The notes under the pieces were generated by a model. It was given only the letters and a program-made list of their open reading frames with translations. It made no database searches and was not told where the DNA came from. This document shows positions 1 to 12,648 of a stretch of 64,000 bases of DNA, piece by piece. Position 1 is the stretch's first letter. Every line of letters starts with the position of its first letter. Both the position numbers and the translations under genes were made by a program. The stretch covers positions 42,966,001 through 43,030,000 of the forward strand of contig OX638150.1 of NCBI GenBank assembly GCA_951804945.1, in the 5' to 3' direction. The stretch comes from Podarcis cretensis. Taxonomy: Eukaryota.

Positions 1-4
1 GTAG

Positions 5-3000
5 ATGTGTGCCTGAAGGAGACCATGTCGGTGGCAGACAGCCTGTACAACTTGCAGCTGATCCAGGGCTTCTCTGCGGACTATTTGGGTGGCTCCTGCT
101 TCCTCTCCTTGGAGGACCTGCTGTACATGCCGCCTATGCTGAGGGTGAGTGCTGGGACTGGGCAGGAGGTGGGGCAGTCCTCCAGCCCCTCTGTACCTCT
201 AGAGATGAAAACATGGCTGTCCTGGCTGCAGTAAGGGAAGCCCTGCAGAGCTTCGGGGGCAGAGGAGCTGCTTGGAAGGAGCCCTGGCAAGGCAGAAGGA
301 AGCCTTGCTCCGTTCCCTGTGTGGCTGCTCATATGGAGCAAGTGGGGATTAGTGTTTGGTCTGAGCGTCCAGCCTGCCTTGGCCCTAATGAGTCTTGGCT
401 GGGGCCTCCGGCTGCACTAATTGGAGGCTGATCGTGCAAGAACAATGAGGCCCTTCTGCAGTGGGTGGCAGGGCAGTGCTGGGGGCGGGGATTGCGGTGG
501 GTCGGGAGAGAGACGTTTTAGGCACCAGGAAGAGTTCTTCTCAGGAGTGCTACCTGCAGATGGAGATGGTGGAGCAGAGACTAGGTCCTCTCCTCCCCCT
601 TGTTCTCTGGACCCAACTCTGGCTAAGTGAGAGGAATGAAGGCTGCTTCCTCCACAGACTATTTGGCTAACTCATTGCCTTTCGTCCCCAGATAAACGTT
701 GGGGTGTTCCTGGCAGAGTTGTTCCTGTGCTTTGAGGTGCTTAAGCCTGACTTTGTGCACCCAAAGGAGCTGCCTGGACTTCAAGGTAAGAAGGTGGCAG
801 GTGTGCTTGTATGTCTGTGGCACCCAGGAAGCTGCCCAGGTTCACGGGCTCGCACTGCTTCGGTTTGCTCCTTGTTGCGTGTAAACTGCCTGCTCGTGGC
901 TCCCTGGGGTTTTCCCTGACCTACCTGAAGATGCTAAGGATGCTGGAGTCTAAGGTATGGCTTCCCTCATCCTCCATACCTTAGTGGTAGCAGTTGGCTT
1001 GAGGAGCAACTAACCCAGGATAGCCGTGAGGCAGTCCATTCCCAGCCTGCAGAGCTGTGCTGTTTTTGGTGTGTAGTATTACAAGATATTTGTCGGTACA
1101 TTCATCATGGGCAGACCCTTTATTTGGTATACCATGTGCTGATAATTTCCATTGTGCTGAGCAGGCAGAAAAACCCAAACTACCTCCCCCAACTCCTGAA
1201 TAACTTAACACCCACCCCCAATTAATAATTGTAGCATATATGGCAAAAAATTTTTTTGTATACTTGTGAACGTGAGAATTATGATTTTTGAAGTATATGG
1301 AATGCTGGTGGGATAATTAGAGTAGAGGAGGGAGCAGTCGACATGGGGAGAGAAAGGAAGAAGTGCAGAACATCTTAATTGCAGCTGTGTCTAATTGTTT
1401 CTGAAGACATTATTACTAGTTGCATGCTTTCCAGACATTTTGCAAATCTGGGGCCCATGCGCCTGCTTTTTCTTAATTTTGAAAACGAAAAGCTTCTCTT
1501 AAAGCTTTTGGAAATTTGTCTTCCACAAGTTATCTGTTACAGTTCGTACAATATTTTGAACTAGATAATTGGCGATCAGGTCCTCCCTTCCTTTTAACGG
1601 GGAGATGGAAAGAGGGTATAGCATATGCCTCCCATATTACGTGGTATAAACCAAAGGTGACTGGTCTGTTTGTTTCACACCTTATAGTCACTTTGATCTG
1701 ATTAATTGAACAAATATATTCTGTCTGTGGAGCATCAATGCATCCTGTTGCAGGATTTAAATTGTGCTCGCCTTGGCTTTACCTTGACCAGCGTTCACGG
1801 TTTTTCCAAATACTTGTTAAAACCTTGGCCCTTCCTGGAAACTTTGCATTTTGATGTTGCGAATGCTTTTCTGGTCTTCCTGGAAGAAAAGATACCTTTA
1901 ATTCTGTACATCATGTGGTAAATTGCATGCCTGGAAAATAAAGAAAAGTAAAGGCTGCGCTATAAAGCCTGTCTGTGCACACAGGTATCTGATAGCAGCC
2001 TATCACTGTCACACTTCCCCCCGCCGCCCTAAATCAGTTGTCCCACTGAGTAAGTAAGTGGAGCAGAGGCATGGGCTGCTGGGAGCTGGCATGCTCTAGC
2101 CCTGGAACAATGGCCTCCTGTGTGAGCCGAGATGGGAGCAGGTTCCTCTCCTGCCCTTTGGTACATGTGGTTGGCATTCCCACCCTTTCCTGACCTTCTA
2201 GTGACTTAATCCTCAGCGTGAGCTCTCTGCTCCCTTCCCCTCTCGGCTTGTTCAGTAAAGTGGCTGTTCTCTTCCAGATTCCCCTGGGCTGAATGACTCC
2301 CTGACGCCCAACAGTGGGAACAACAGCAGGTAAGGGAGCCTCTGCTACTCTCACCACCGCCACTTTGAGCCTGAAACCAGGCTTGCCCTCTCTTGCCCAT
2401 GTTGGGAGTCAGATTTGGATGCTGTGCTTTGCAAGGAAGGTATCTGTGGGCTGCGCTCTCTGGTGTCTCATTCCAGAGCTAGGATTTTGTAAATGGATGA
2501 TGATGTAGGAGCATGAGAAATTGCCTTATGCTGAACCAGACCCCATTGACCCATCTCTCTCAATGTTGTCTACACCAGGGTTTCCCAAACTTGGGTCTCC
2601 AGCTGTTTTGGGACTACAACTCCCATCATCCCTAGCTATCAGAATCTGGTCAGGAATGATGGGAACTGTAGTTTCAGACAGGGAGCCTCTCCCAGCCCTA
2701 CCTAGAGATGCCAGGGATTGTCTTCTCCAGGGCACCAGTTCCCTACCTTTTCACCCACCAAGAGGACGGTCCCTGCATTCTGCCATGTCAGCTCCAGTTC
2801 CAGCTTATAAAACGAAGCTGCTTTAGCCTGAGTCTGTCTGGCAGCGTGGCTAGCCAGTCTCCCGTGTATGAATCAAAGCTGTTGGGAAGCCTTAGACGGG
2901 AGTCATGCCCAGACTGCTACCTGCAAGTCCACAAGCCATGATGTTGCTGGCGGAGGACTCCAGGCAAGGAGCCCGTCGCTCTGAAAATGTTGCTGGACTC

Positions 3001-6000
3001 CAAACAGCAACAACCAATATGGCTGCTGGTCAGGAATGATGGGAGTTGTACGCTGCTGGTGGCTTAACTGTGCCCTTCCCAGTAGTGCTCAAAAACTGTG
3101 AATCCCTTTAGGAATAGCTAAATACTGTCTCTTCAAAGGGGCAATGTTGCTATTGCAGCTGGCAGAGGTCTGGGAGAGTCCTTGAGGTCCTTCACGATTT
3201 CTGTGCTGTTGACATAAGAGTCCTTGCTTTCCTAAAAAAAACCTCCACTCAGCAACTTGCTCTTCAGATGTGTTAGTACTGTACTCCAAAGTGCCACAGC
3301 TTGACTTTCCCCCTCTCTGCTTGCCTAGGGGGCCTCTCCACATATTAATATTAGACAGTCTTTGGGGAAACGTGATCTGGAAGGAGCTATTCCTGCAATC
3401 AGGGTGGGGAGAGCTCCTTATGTTTTTTGTGGTGGCTCAGTGCCTCCTTATGTTTCAGGAGTCTTGGGCCTTCCTTTGCTCTGGGGAGAAAACTGCGTCC
3501 CTGGCACTGTCAGTGTGTGAGTCGGGTGCTCCCTTCCCCTGATCAGCTGTAGCTGCTGATCAGGGGAGTCTTCGTGGTTTACCTGGATTGAGTTGCACTG
3601 GTGGAGTAAAGGGGAGAGCACTCTTGGCCAGAGCAGCTGCTCTCCCTTTGCTCCAGGCCAGCAGAAATTGTAGTTCTTCTTGCAGGGCAGGTGGGTGGGT
3701 GGGGGTGTGACTGGGCAAGCTTCTGATCTTTAAGGTAGGCACAGCTTTCCTCCCATGTGCAAGTTATGGGAATGCCTTTAGGCAGCAAATTAAAGGAACT
3801 TGTTCCTGCAAGTCTGTTCACTTCATTTGCCAAACGAATGAGCGGAATCAACACTTAGCAGTGCCTACATGTTCCACGTATAATGTAATGCAGTGATTCT
3901 AGTGTTGTGCAAATTCCTTCTTGGGTTTCTATCACCCCTCCCCTTTAAAAAAACAAACGCAACAACCCACACTCAAAGGACTAGCTTTCAGCACCCAGTT
4001 TCCCTCTGCTGACTTCGCTTGTGTGAGTGCAGTCTGTGTTGGTGCTGCCAGAGGATTGTGGCTGGAGGCCTAACCAGTGTGCACCAGCATCTGCTTCTCT
4101 CTGTGTGACAACAAGTTTTGTAGCAATGTTCTTAATCTGATCTCATCTCTTATCCCCCCCAGTAGCTCCCCAGTTTTCAGCTTCCGCCACCCACTGCTGC
4201 CTGGAGGGCAGGCACAGTCTCCGCTCTGTGGTTCTTTAGGTAAGGTGCTGCTGCTTTGTCTAGTCTCTCCCACCCCCCACCAATACAAACCACATACAAG
4301 CTGTGGGGGAAGAAAAGGAGTCCTTCAGTTCTGTTGGGGGTAAAAGGTTAAGCAAAACACATGCAAGTCTCTTGGAGGTCCTTCTTAAGGCGTCATGATC
4401 ATGACTGTCGGCATCCGCAGGGGCTTGTTTCTGTGGTTTCCAAAGCTCTTGGTCCTGGATAGCTGTTCAGCTTTACCCAGCAGCTGCTGCACATTTCTCA
4501 AGAGCAACAGAGCCATAGTATGCCTGCCTTAGATGGCACAATTTTAAGATGCTTTGGTAAAGGCGCAGTATGCTAGATTCATTGCATGAGCTCTGTTGAA
4601 CCTCTTGTAAGGCAATAAGGGCTGCAACCCTGTGCAACCAGAGAGGGGAAAGCTCTTTCCTTCTGGATGCTTTGAATCTCCTAACTCCAATCAGGCCCAG
4701 CTGGCATGGCCCAAGGTCAAGGACGATGGGAGTTGTAGTCCAATTATATCTGGAGGGCTGCAGGTTCCTGGTTTACACCTGGAACACAGGGGAACTTTGT
4801 TTGTGAATAGGCATGCACAAAATTGTTCTGTGTAAACTGGCCTATCATGGGAAAAGATCATTCTGAGAAGGCAGGTTTTAATCTACATCTCACCTCAAGA
4901 GATGGCCCTAGACAGCCTGAGATATATCTGACGTCATCGGAGTTTGTGCTGCTGACGTCGTGCCCTCGTGGGCCTTTGGTTTCCTTTCAAACACATGCTT
5001 TGTGAAGGATCCTTGTCAAAGTAGAGCGGCTCTCCTTTTGTGTGCTTGCTTGCTCCTTATTTTGACATGGAGGATACTGTCCCCCAAGGACAGCCTGGGC
5101 CAACTTGGAGCCCTCCAGATGTTTTGGGTTGTCACTCCCATCAGCCAGAGCAAGCATGGACAATGGTCAGGGAGGGATGGGGGCTGGAGTCTGAAGCATC
5201 TGGCAGGCTGCTTGGATTCCTCCCACCCCTTGAGTTGAGGGCCTTGACTCCTGCCACCAAGTCTCTAGGACAACCCCACTGTATCTTCTTGTTCCTCTGC
5301 TTTCTTGTTCCTCTGATTTGGGTCCTTTTTGTGTCCTTAGGCTCCCTGCATCACTCCACATCCATGTCCCATGTTGAGGGTTTTGGTAAACCATGGAGCA
5401 AGAAGCAGCTCAGGTGAGGAGCACGGGGGGTGGATTTCACATGGCCAGAGGAGGGGACAACTTCCCAGACCTCTGCTTATCCACCGACTTGGGATACAGA
5501 GTTGTGAGAAGCAGTACCAGCAGGTTGTGAGTGGAAGGTGGGCTTGGAATGTCCCAGCTTGTCCGTCCTTCTTTTGCTCCTAATCTTATCGCTTTGCTCC
5601 GCTTCCCTAGCCACCCGTTGTCGCAGGCGGTCTCCTTCAGCATCCCCTTTGGCTTGGACAGCGATGTGGACATTGTGATGGGGAACCCGGTGGGCATGCT
5701 GCGCTCTGTCAGCTCAGACAGCCTGGCCCCTGCCCTCTATTCCTCCTTGCCTCGCTCCCCGCGCCCACGGTCCACTGACGTGGTTGAGGCCCCCAATGGC
5801 TTTGTGACAACACCGCTCCATGGGGCTGGACCCAAGGCCCAGGAGGGGCTGGCCCTGGAAAACGGGCTGAGCGACGGCTACCCTGACCTGCCTACCATCG
5901 AGGAGGCCCTGCAGATCATCCACAGCAGCGAGCGCCTGCTCCCTGAGGGAGCGCCCGATGGCTTTTACCTGCACTCTCCGGAGCCACCGAAAACTTCTGT

Positions 6001-9000
6001 GCCAGAAAAGGCACCCATAGCTACTGTTTACCGCTGCCACAATGGCCCCCCCAATGGGGCCGAGCCAGCCCAGGACGGCAGCCTAGACTCAGACGCAGAG
6101 GAGCCCACGCGGGCCCCTGGCGGCCCAGACGACTCCACCTCGTGCGTCAGTTCGCTGAGCTCGCAGCCCGACAGCACAGCTTCGTCTGCCTCTGGTGTGC
6201 GCATGACCAGCTTCGCGGAACGCAAGAAGAAGCTGGCGGCGACAGACAGCAAGTCCAGTGGGATCAGCTCCGAGGGCTCTGAAGTTGGGCCTGTCCCACC
6301 AGATGAGAGCCCCGCCCAGAGCCCCGCCCTCAGCTCAGAGATGAGCCAGCTGGGGGCGCGGCTGGAGGAGAAGCGCCGGGCCATTGAGGCTCAGAAGAAG
6401 CGCATTGAGGCCATCTTCACCCGGCACCGCCAGCGCCTGGGCAAGAGCGCCTTCCTGCAGCTACAGAAGGCCCCCGATGCCCAAGGCCAGTCGGAGGATG
6501 GCCGGCTCGCTCTCGAGGAGCGGCTTGCCCAGCTGGAGGCCGAGGAAGAGGCCGGAAGCCCTCGGGCCCGCCTAGACAACAAGCAGGTGACCTTTTCCCC
6601 GGAAATCACCAAGGGCGGAGCATTGGACGAGAACCTGGGCGACTACAACCGGGCGGTGGCCAAGCTGAACACTGCCCTGAGCTCCCTGCAGCTGGACATG
6701 CAGCGTCTGAGCGATCAACAGCAGCGCCTCCTGCTGGATAAGAAGCCTAGTGTGCAGGCCTGGGTGATCCCAGCCCCAAGGACCGGCCGTGAGGGGGCTC
6801 CTCCCCGCTCCTCCCTGGAGCTGTCCTCCCCATCGCCGTCGCCCTCCCCTTCCCGCAAGTCCCGCTCCCCTCAGCCCACCCCTAAGAAGTCTCCTGCCCC
6901 GGCTCCGCCCAAGAGCCCCCGGCACGCCCGGCCAGTGGAGCTGAAGTTGCCCCCCCTCACGCGGGTCCTGACACCTCCCCACAACGTGGACACCCTCCCG
7001 CACCTCCGCAAGTTTTCCCCCAGCCAGGTGCCCATGCAGACCCGCTCCTCCATCCATTTTGCCGAGGACGAGGAGCTGCCCGTCCCGGAGGCCCAGGGGA
7101 ACTTGCGGCCTGTGGCCTCAGTGCCCCCTCAGGGGGGCAATGGCCGTGTCTCGGGGGATGGCACCAGTGACGTCTCCTCGCCCAGCGACCGGCGCAGCAG
7201 CCTGATTGAAATCCCCTTGTCCAGCCTGAAGGGGGAGGAGGAAGACGACGATGCAGATGGCGACGACTCGCTGGAGGGATCCATCACCGAGGCCCTGGAC
7301 TCCGAGCCGGCCCGGGCTGGCATGGGCTTCTACTTCAAGGTAAGCGCTTTAAGCGGAGACTGCTAACACTCATGACTGGCATTCTGCACTTTCTATAGAA
7401 GAGCTTTTGGAGCATGGCCAAGAGGGAGCTGGGTATGGCTAGGCCTTTGGAGCCAGCCAGGGCTAGGCTGGGCTTCAGGTGGCTGTGCTGCTTCGCTCTT
7501 TCTTGGCTGGCTCAAGGTAACAGGAGTAGGCGGCCTGCAGTGGGACAGGGATTCCAAGGGGCCCCTTTTGACTGACAGGAGTGTATGCAGAATGTGCAGG
7601 TGGGGTTGCTCAAGCCAAGTGCTTGAACAAAGACACTGTGTGTGTGTGTGCAACTTAAAACGGACATCTCCTTTCTGAGATCCTTGTGGATCAGGGAAGA
7701 TCTTTTTTCAGACGTGTTTTTCTACTGCGCCAGCTTAAATCACACCAGCTGCTGCTACTCTCTAGTGGCGATGCAGATCTCTGCAGCATCTTGGACTGGC
7801 CCAAAGATAGGACCATAAGCATGAGCTCTAGAAGCAGAGCTCAGCCTCAAATGAAGAGAGGATGGAGTGTGGATCATGGACAGAATGACCTCTGCCAGGT
7901 TGACTTGGGATTTGCAGTGGGAGTTTGAGGTTGCAGTTCCTGAGCTTTCTGCCAGTTTTGGACCTCATTCTGAGGCTCGATAATCCTGGGACCTCCAGGC
8001 ATCAATAAATCACATGAAGTTTTTTCCTTCTCTCTATCACCTACCCTTGGGATTCTGATCCTATCTGTAGGTGCTAGGAACCCCATTTTGGGCAAGCCCT
8101 AGCCACAGCTGGCAGGATCACACAGGATACATGGAGTGGCATCTCCAGAGGGGTTGAGAGCAGTTGGCTCCAGTCCAGAGGAAGGTAGAGAAAGAACCTA
8201 AGAGCTCTGCTGGATCCAACCAATCTAGTTACAGATAGGTAGCCGTGTTGGTCTGCCATAGTCAAAACAAAATAAAAGAAAAAAAATTCCTTCCAGTAGC
8301 ACCTTAAAGACCAACTAAGTTAGTTCTAGGTATGAGCTTTCGTGTGCATGCACACTTCTTCAGATACCAACCAATCTAGTTCAGCATCCAGTTGTCATTG
8401 TAGCCAACCATAAGGATAGGCCTGGCTGCTGTGTGACTCCTGTCCTGAAAGTGAAAAGTGACCCTGCATCTTAGAGGACTCACCCACCCTTTCTTTCTAC
8501 TGACTCACTGCGTTTGTTCAGGATGAGGCGAAGGCTGAGGAGGAAATGGCGCAGAAGCGCGCAAGCTTCCTAGAGAGGCAGCAGCGACGCACTGAGGAGG
8601 CGAAGCGCAGGAAGCAATGGCAGGAGGCGGAGAAGGAGAAGAAAGAGGAGGAGGCAAGGTGAGGTTGGGATGGGGGAAGCCACAGGGTCCTTCTCATCCT
8701 TGGCCCTCTTTGTAGGCATGGCCATGGTAGGTGCTTCTGCTGTGGTGGGAGGCCTTGTGCTTCCAGTATTCCACCCCCCCCAGTAGCTCTATTTGGTTTC
8801 TCCAGTTCCCATGCTACACCGACACTTACAAAAATCGAGACACTCAAGTAATGTTTTATACATCTATAACTACTGCTTCATTTGTTTTGTATTGGTTCTG
8901 ATGCACTGGGATTTCCCATTGTGTGGAAATGGCTCTCATGTCACAGTGGGGCCTTTGTGTGAATGGGGCCCTTTTCACTCAATCTTCCATGGCAAAAGGG

Positions 9001-12000
9001 GCAAGATTCAGGGCCTGGCCATTCAGAATGAGGGTATAATATGCAGATTTGTTGCACTTATTCCAAGGACAGTGTCTGGATCTTTCTTGGAGCAAAATGT
9101 GCCCACCTTATGTAGAGCCAATGAACTCTGACTGCTTGGAGTGCCATCTTCAAGGACTTTCTCCTGTACAAACCCTGCTGCCTAGAATGAGATTTGTGTG
9201 TGAGCAAGATTGTCTAGTGCAAAATAAGTTCTTGCTGGCCCTCAACTCGTAGATTTTCTTCTAAGCTGGCAGCAGAAGTGTGTGTGAGTAAAGGAAATAA
9301 CCTGGCAAAGTGTTGCTTGCACCTTCCCCCAGCAGGGCTCACTGCTTGTGGTATGGAGGGCAGAGGAATCGCTGTAACCTCTGGCAGATGCTTATGAGCC
9401 AACCACCATTTTGACATTCCCGCATTGACCTGATGAACCATTGTCTTGGGACATTATGGGAATAATTTGCAGGGGATTCTAGGGGATATATTCTAGAGCA
9501 GTATATTCTAGAGCAGGAATAGCCAATGTGGTTCCCTCCAGGTACTGCTGAACTACAAGCCCCCACCTTGTTCAAGGGCATGGGTAGGCAAACTAAGGCC
9601 TGGGGGCCAGATCCGGCCGAACTGCCAGTCCGGGAATCAGCGAGTTTTTACATGAGTAGAATGTATGCTTTTATTTAAAATGCGTCTCTGGGTTATTTGC
9701 GCGGCATAGGAATTCGTTCATTTTTTTCTTCAAAATATAGTCCGCCCCCCCCCCACAAGGTCTGAGGGACAGTGGACCGGCCCCCTGCTGAAAAAGTTTG
9801 CTGACCCGTTTTAGGGAATGTTCTTGGTTTGCACAAAGGCCATCAGTTGTGCCTACTGGACCTGGCTGTTATGATCCATGAGCTGAGAATGCAGCCACCT
9901 CCCATTGTTGCTTCATATTGCAAGAGAAGAGGGGTAGTTCTGGGAAGCGTGTCTGTGGATACCATACCCCCGCCCCCATTAAGGAACCATGGAGGGGGTT
10001 TCAGAATGCAGATGAAAAACTAATTCATTTTACCTAACTAAAGGCAGAATTCACTTGATGAGTCCCATCAGCGGAAGCCCTGCGTAAGGACTTTCATTTG
10101 CACAGCAGGGTTTCCCCCCCTGCGCCTCCTAAAACTGGAGAGGAGAGATCAGCCCACTTGGTGAGCTGCAGTGCATTTTAGTATGATGTTGAATCCTTCT
10201 TCCTATAACTGCAAAATGCCCGGTGGATTTTGGGTTAATAGCAGATTCTGTGCCTGGTGGGCTTGTAGTCACTTTTAACCTCTGGCTGTATTCTTGACTG
10301 TGCTTCTCCAGACAACGGCAGGCAGAGGAGCAGCCCCGGCAAGAGGAGGAAGTGGTGGGGCCGAGGCGCGGTGACTTCACCCGCCTGGAATACCAGCGGC
10401 GCCATCAGCTCAAGCTGATGGAGGACCTGGACAAGGTGCTGCGGCAGAAGCCCACCACTGTGCGCGCCCTCAAGAAGGGGCGACCCAAGACCGTCTTCTG
10501 TGATGACTCTGCCCTCGCGCGCAGCCCCGTGAAAGGCCTCCTTGGTAAGAGCTGTGGCTAGTTGGGAAAGGAGCTGGGCATGCTCTGCAGGGCGGCGGAA
10601 AACTTGTAAACGCAGCTGCCATGTGTCACGGTGGTGCTAAAATGCAAAGGGACCGTGGTTCAGGAAAGGGACAGCTGTGGCCATGTAAACTTTGCCCCCA
10701 ACTCCTGATCATGTGCCTGCCTATTCCTAGGCTCCAAGCTCAGCAAGGTGTATTCCCAGTCGACTCTCTCGCTTTCTACGGTGGCCAATGATCCTGGCAA
10801 CTCACTCTCCATCAAGAGGTCTTCTCGGTGAGTTTGTAGTACTTCTACTTAGCCTTAGTTACAGATAGGTAGCCGTGTTGGTCTGCCATAGTCAAAACAA
10901 AAAATTCCTTCCAGTAGCACCTTAAAGACCAACTAAGTTAGTTCTAGGTATGAGCTTTCGTGTGTATCTGAAGAAGTGTGCATGCACACGAAAGCTCATA
11001 CCTAGAACTAACTTAGAAGAAGTGTGCATGCACACGAAAGCTCATACCTAGAACTAACTTAGTTGGTCTTTAAGGTGCTACTGGAAGGAATTTTTTGTTT
11101 CTACTTAGCCTTGTTACTCTTAACGCATTAAGAGGGCACAGGGGAGATGCAGAAACCCTGGCAGTGTGCTCTAGGGTGGGTGGGATTTGGATTGGCCTTC
11201 TAGCTAGTAGCAGGCCCGAGGGAAATGGGTTTGTGCTGCACTTGCAGAAGCTAAGGGTGAGCACTTCCGTTTTGCAGAGCTGCGTCTCCTTCTGGGCCAA
11301 TGTCCCCCAGCCGGTTGCTGTCCAACCAGAACCGGGAGCGTGACTGGGAGAACGCATCGACCGCCTCCTCGCCAGCCTCCATTCCAGAGTACACAGGTAA
11401 ACCTATTGCTGTCTCAGCCCTCCCTTCCAGAAAATTCCAGCTTTCCTTCTGTGATTCTACAGAGGGAGCTCTGCTAGATCGCCTTCTCCAAATGCACTGG
11501 CCAAGTGTCTTGATCTGGTGCCTGCTCTGCAAGGGCATCAAGAGACTTCCAGATCCTTTGCCTTGTGAAGCATCTTCTGCTTGTCTTGGCAGGGCTGCCT
11601 TCCTTAGGGAACCTCCTGAGCCTGACTTCTCTGCTGAACTCTTCTTCTCTCTGCAGGGCCCAAGCTGTACAAGGAGCCCAGTGCCAAGTCCAATAAGTAC
11701 ATTATTCACAATGCACTGTCTCACTGCTGCCTTGCTGGCAAAGTCAATGAACCCCAGAAAAATCGCATCCTGGAGGTAAGCCGAGGGGGCAAGTACACGG
11801 GGTGGGATGGCAGGTTGTTAAATGGCTGTGGGCTGGGCAAGGTGCATCCTTCGCCCTCGTCTTGCTGAACTGTGCACATCATGTAGATGTCCTCCTCTGA
11901 TCTCTGTGAATTTGGAAGAACATCATGTTGGCTCCAGCTTCTGACTCTGCATGGGCTTTGTAGCTATGGACGTTTGCCTCTGCATAATACAGCATGGCCT

Positions 12001-12648
12001 CAACTTCCGCTGTTAGACTATAGCAGCATAAAAGCATCACACTGGCTGCACCACTGAGAGATGTTAATCATAGAACCCCATGTGCAAAGGTGTTTGGTCA
12101 CCTTCATTGGCTGTGAGCCTAGTGGCGGTTGAACCATACTGGCAGAAGTCTCCCTTTTCTCAGTGGAGATGAAGAAAATCATGTGTGACATGTGCTGGCT
12201 CACTCAGTTTCACAAGAACTTAGAACTGTACGTTGTTTGTTGTTGGTTCTGCAGACATTTCTAATGTTGGAATGTTTTATGTGCCTCAACTTGATTTTTA
12301 CTCCTGTTTTACACGCATCTTCCTCCCTGCCCCCCTCCATTTTAGGAAGTGGAGAAGAGCAAAGCCAATCACTTCCTCATCCTGTTCCGTGATTCAAGCT
12401 GCCAGTTCCGGGCGCTGTACACCCTGTCGCCAGAGACGGAGGAACTGACGCGCCTGGCAGGCTACGGGCCGCGCACCATCACTCTGGCCATGATCGAGGG
12501 CATCTACAAGTACAGCTCTGACCGTAAGCGCTTCACACAGATTCCCAGCAAGACCATGTCCATGAGTGTGGATGCCTTCACCATCCAAGGACACCTCTGG
12601 CAGACCAAGAAGCCAGGCACCCCCAAGAAGCCAGGCACACCAAAATAG
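5..12648 (+). CDS. CAMSAP3: CAMSAP3 (calmodulin-regulated spectrin-associated protein 3), 5'-partial, last 12 coding exons
   Basis: Exons 5-144, 692-785, 2278-2329, 4163-4239, 5341-5413, 5611-7339, 8522-8658, 10312-10544, 10731-10827, 11278-11396, 11657-11775, 12346-12648. All introns are GT-AG and phases are consistent (3173 nt). Encodes the end of the CH domain (VCLKETMSVADSLYNLQL...LAELFLCFEVLKPDFV), SQAVSFSIPFGLDSDVD, coiled coils (LEEKRRAIEAQKKRIEAIF) and the C-terminal CKK domain (GPKLYKEPSAKSNK...FLILFRDSSCQFRALY). Synteny with XAB2/PET100/PCP2 identifies the paralog. Confidence 0.96.
2576..2672. repeat. Short palindromic MITE family (ctacaactcccatcatccc...gatgggagttgtag)
   Basis: Decayed copies also at about 3000-3050, 4650-4770, 5095-5200, 9535-9570, 19105-19220, 30733-30867, 34043-34150, 40905-41000 and 55416-55530. 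Confidence 0.65.
5611..7339 (+). CDS. CAMSAP3: CAMSAP3 large central exon (1729 nt)
   Basis: Acceptor ttccctag at 5610 and donor AAG|gtaagc at 7340; it forms the bulk of ORF 5531..7366. Confidence 0.95.
8231..8366 (-). mobile_element. Penelope-like retroelement terminal-repeat fragment
   Basis: Flanked by a 15-bp direct repeat CCAACCAATCTAGTT (8216-8230, 8367-8381). Contains a minimal hammerhead motif typical of Penelope-like pLTRs; near-identical to the copy at 10861. Confidence 0.75.
8329..8368 (-). ncRNA. Minimal hammerhead ribozyme motif (antisense to CAMSAP3)
   Basis: Minus strand reads GGTAT-CTGAAGA-A-GTGTGC-AT-GCACAC-GAAA-GC-TC-ATACC. Confidence 0.65.
9580..9807. mobile_element. Non-autonomous hAT-Charlie-type DNA transposon remnant
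   Basis: Ends gggtaggcaaact... and ...ggtctgagggacagtggaccggccccctgctgaaaaagtttgctgaccc, resembling hAT-Charlie termini. Confidence 0.6.
10857..11098. mobile_element. Penelope-like insertion with inverted arms and internal tandem duplication
   Basis: Flanked by TTCTACTTAGCCTT (10843-10856, 11099-11112). Arm 10895-10964 is the exact reverse complement of 11031-11100; 46-bp tandem duplication at 10970-11015 / 11016-11061. Confidence 0.8.
10964..11047 (+). ncRNA. Tandem minimal hammerhead ribozyme motif, sense strand of a CAMSAP3 intron
   Basis: GTAT-CTGAAGA-A-GTGTGCATGCACAC-GAAA-GCTC-ATAC at 10964-11001; the second unit (11016-11047) lacks the CTG of the core. Confidence 0.65.

Noticed and set aside
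5531-5610. Start of the 611-aa ORF as an independent gene
   Set aside because: The GTG start lies in an intron; homology begins at the acceptor at 5611.
5714-7323. Several antisense ORFs over the large CAMSAP3 exon
   Set aside because: Expected shadow ORFs of GC-rich coding sequence.
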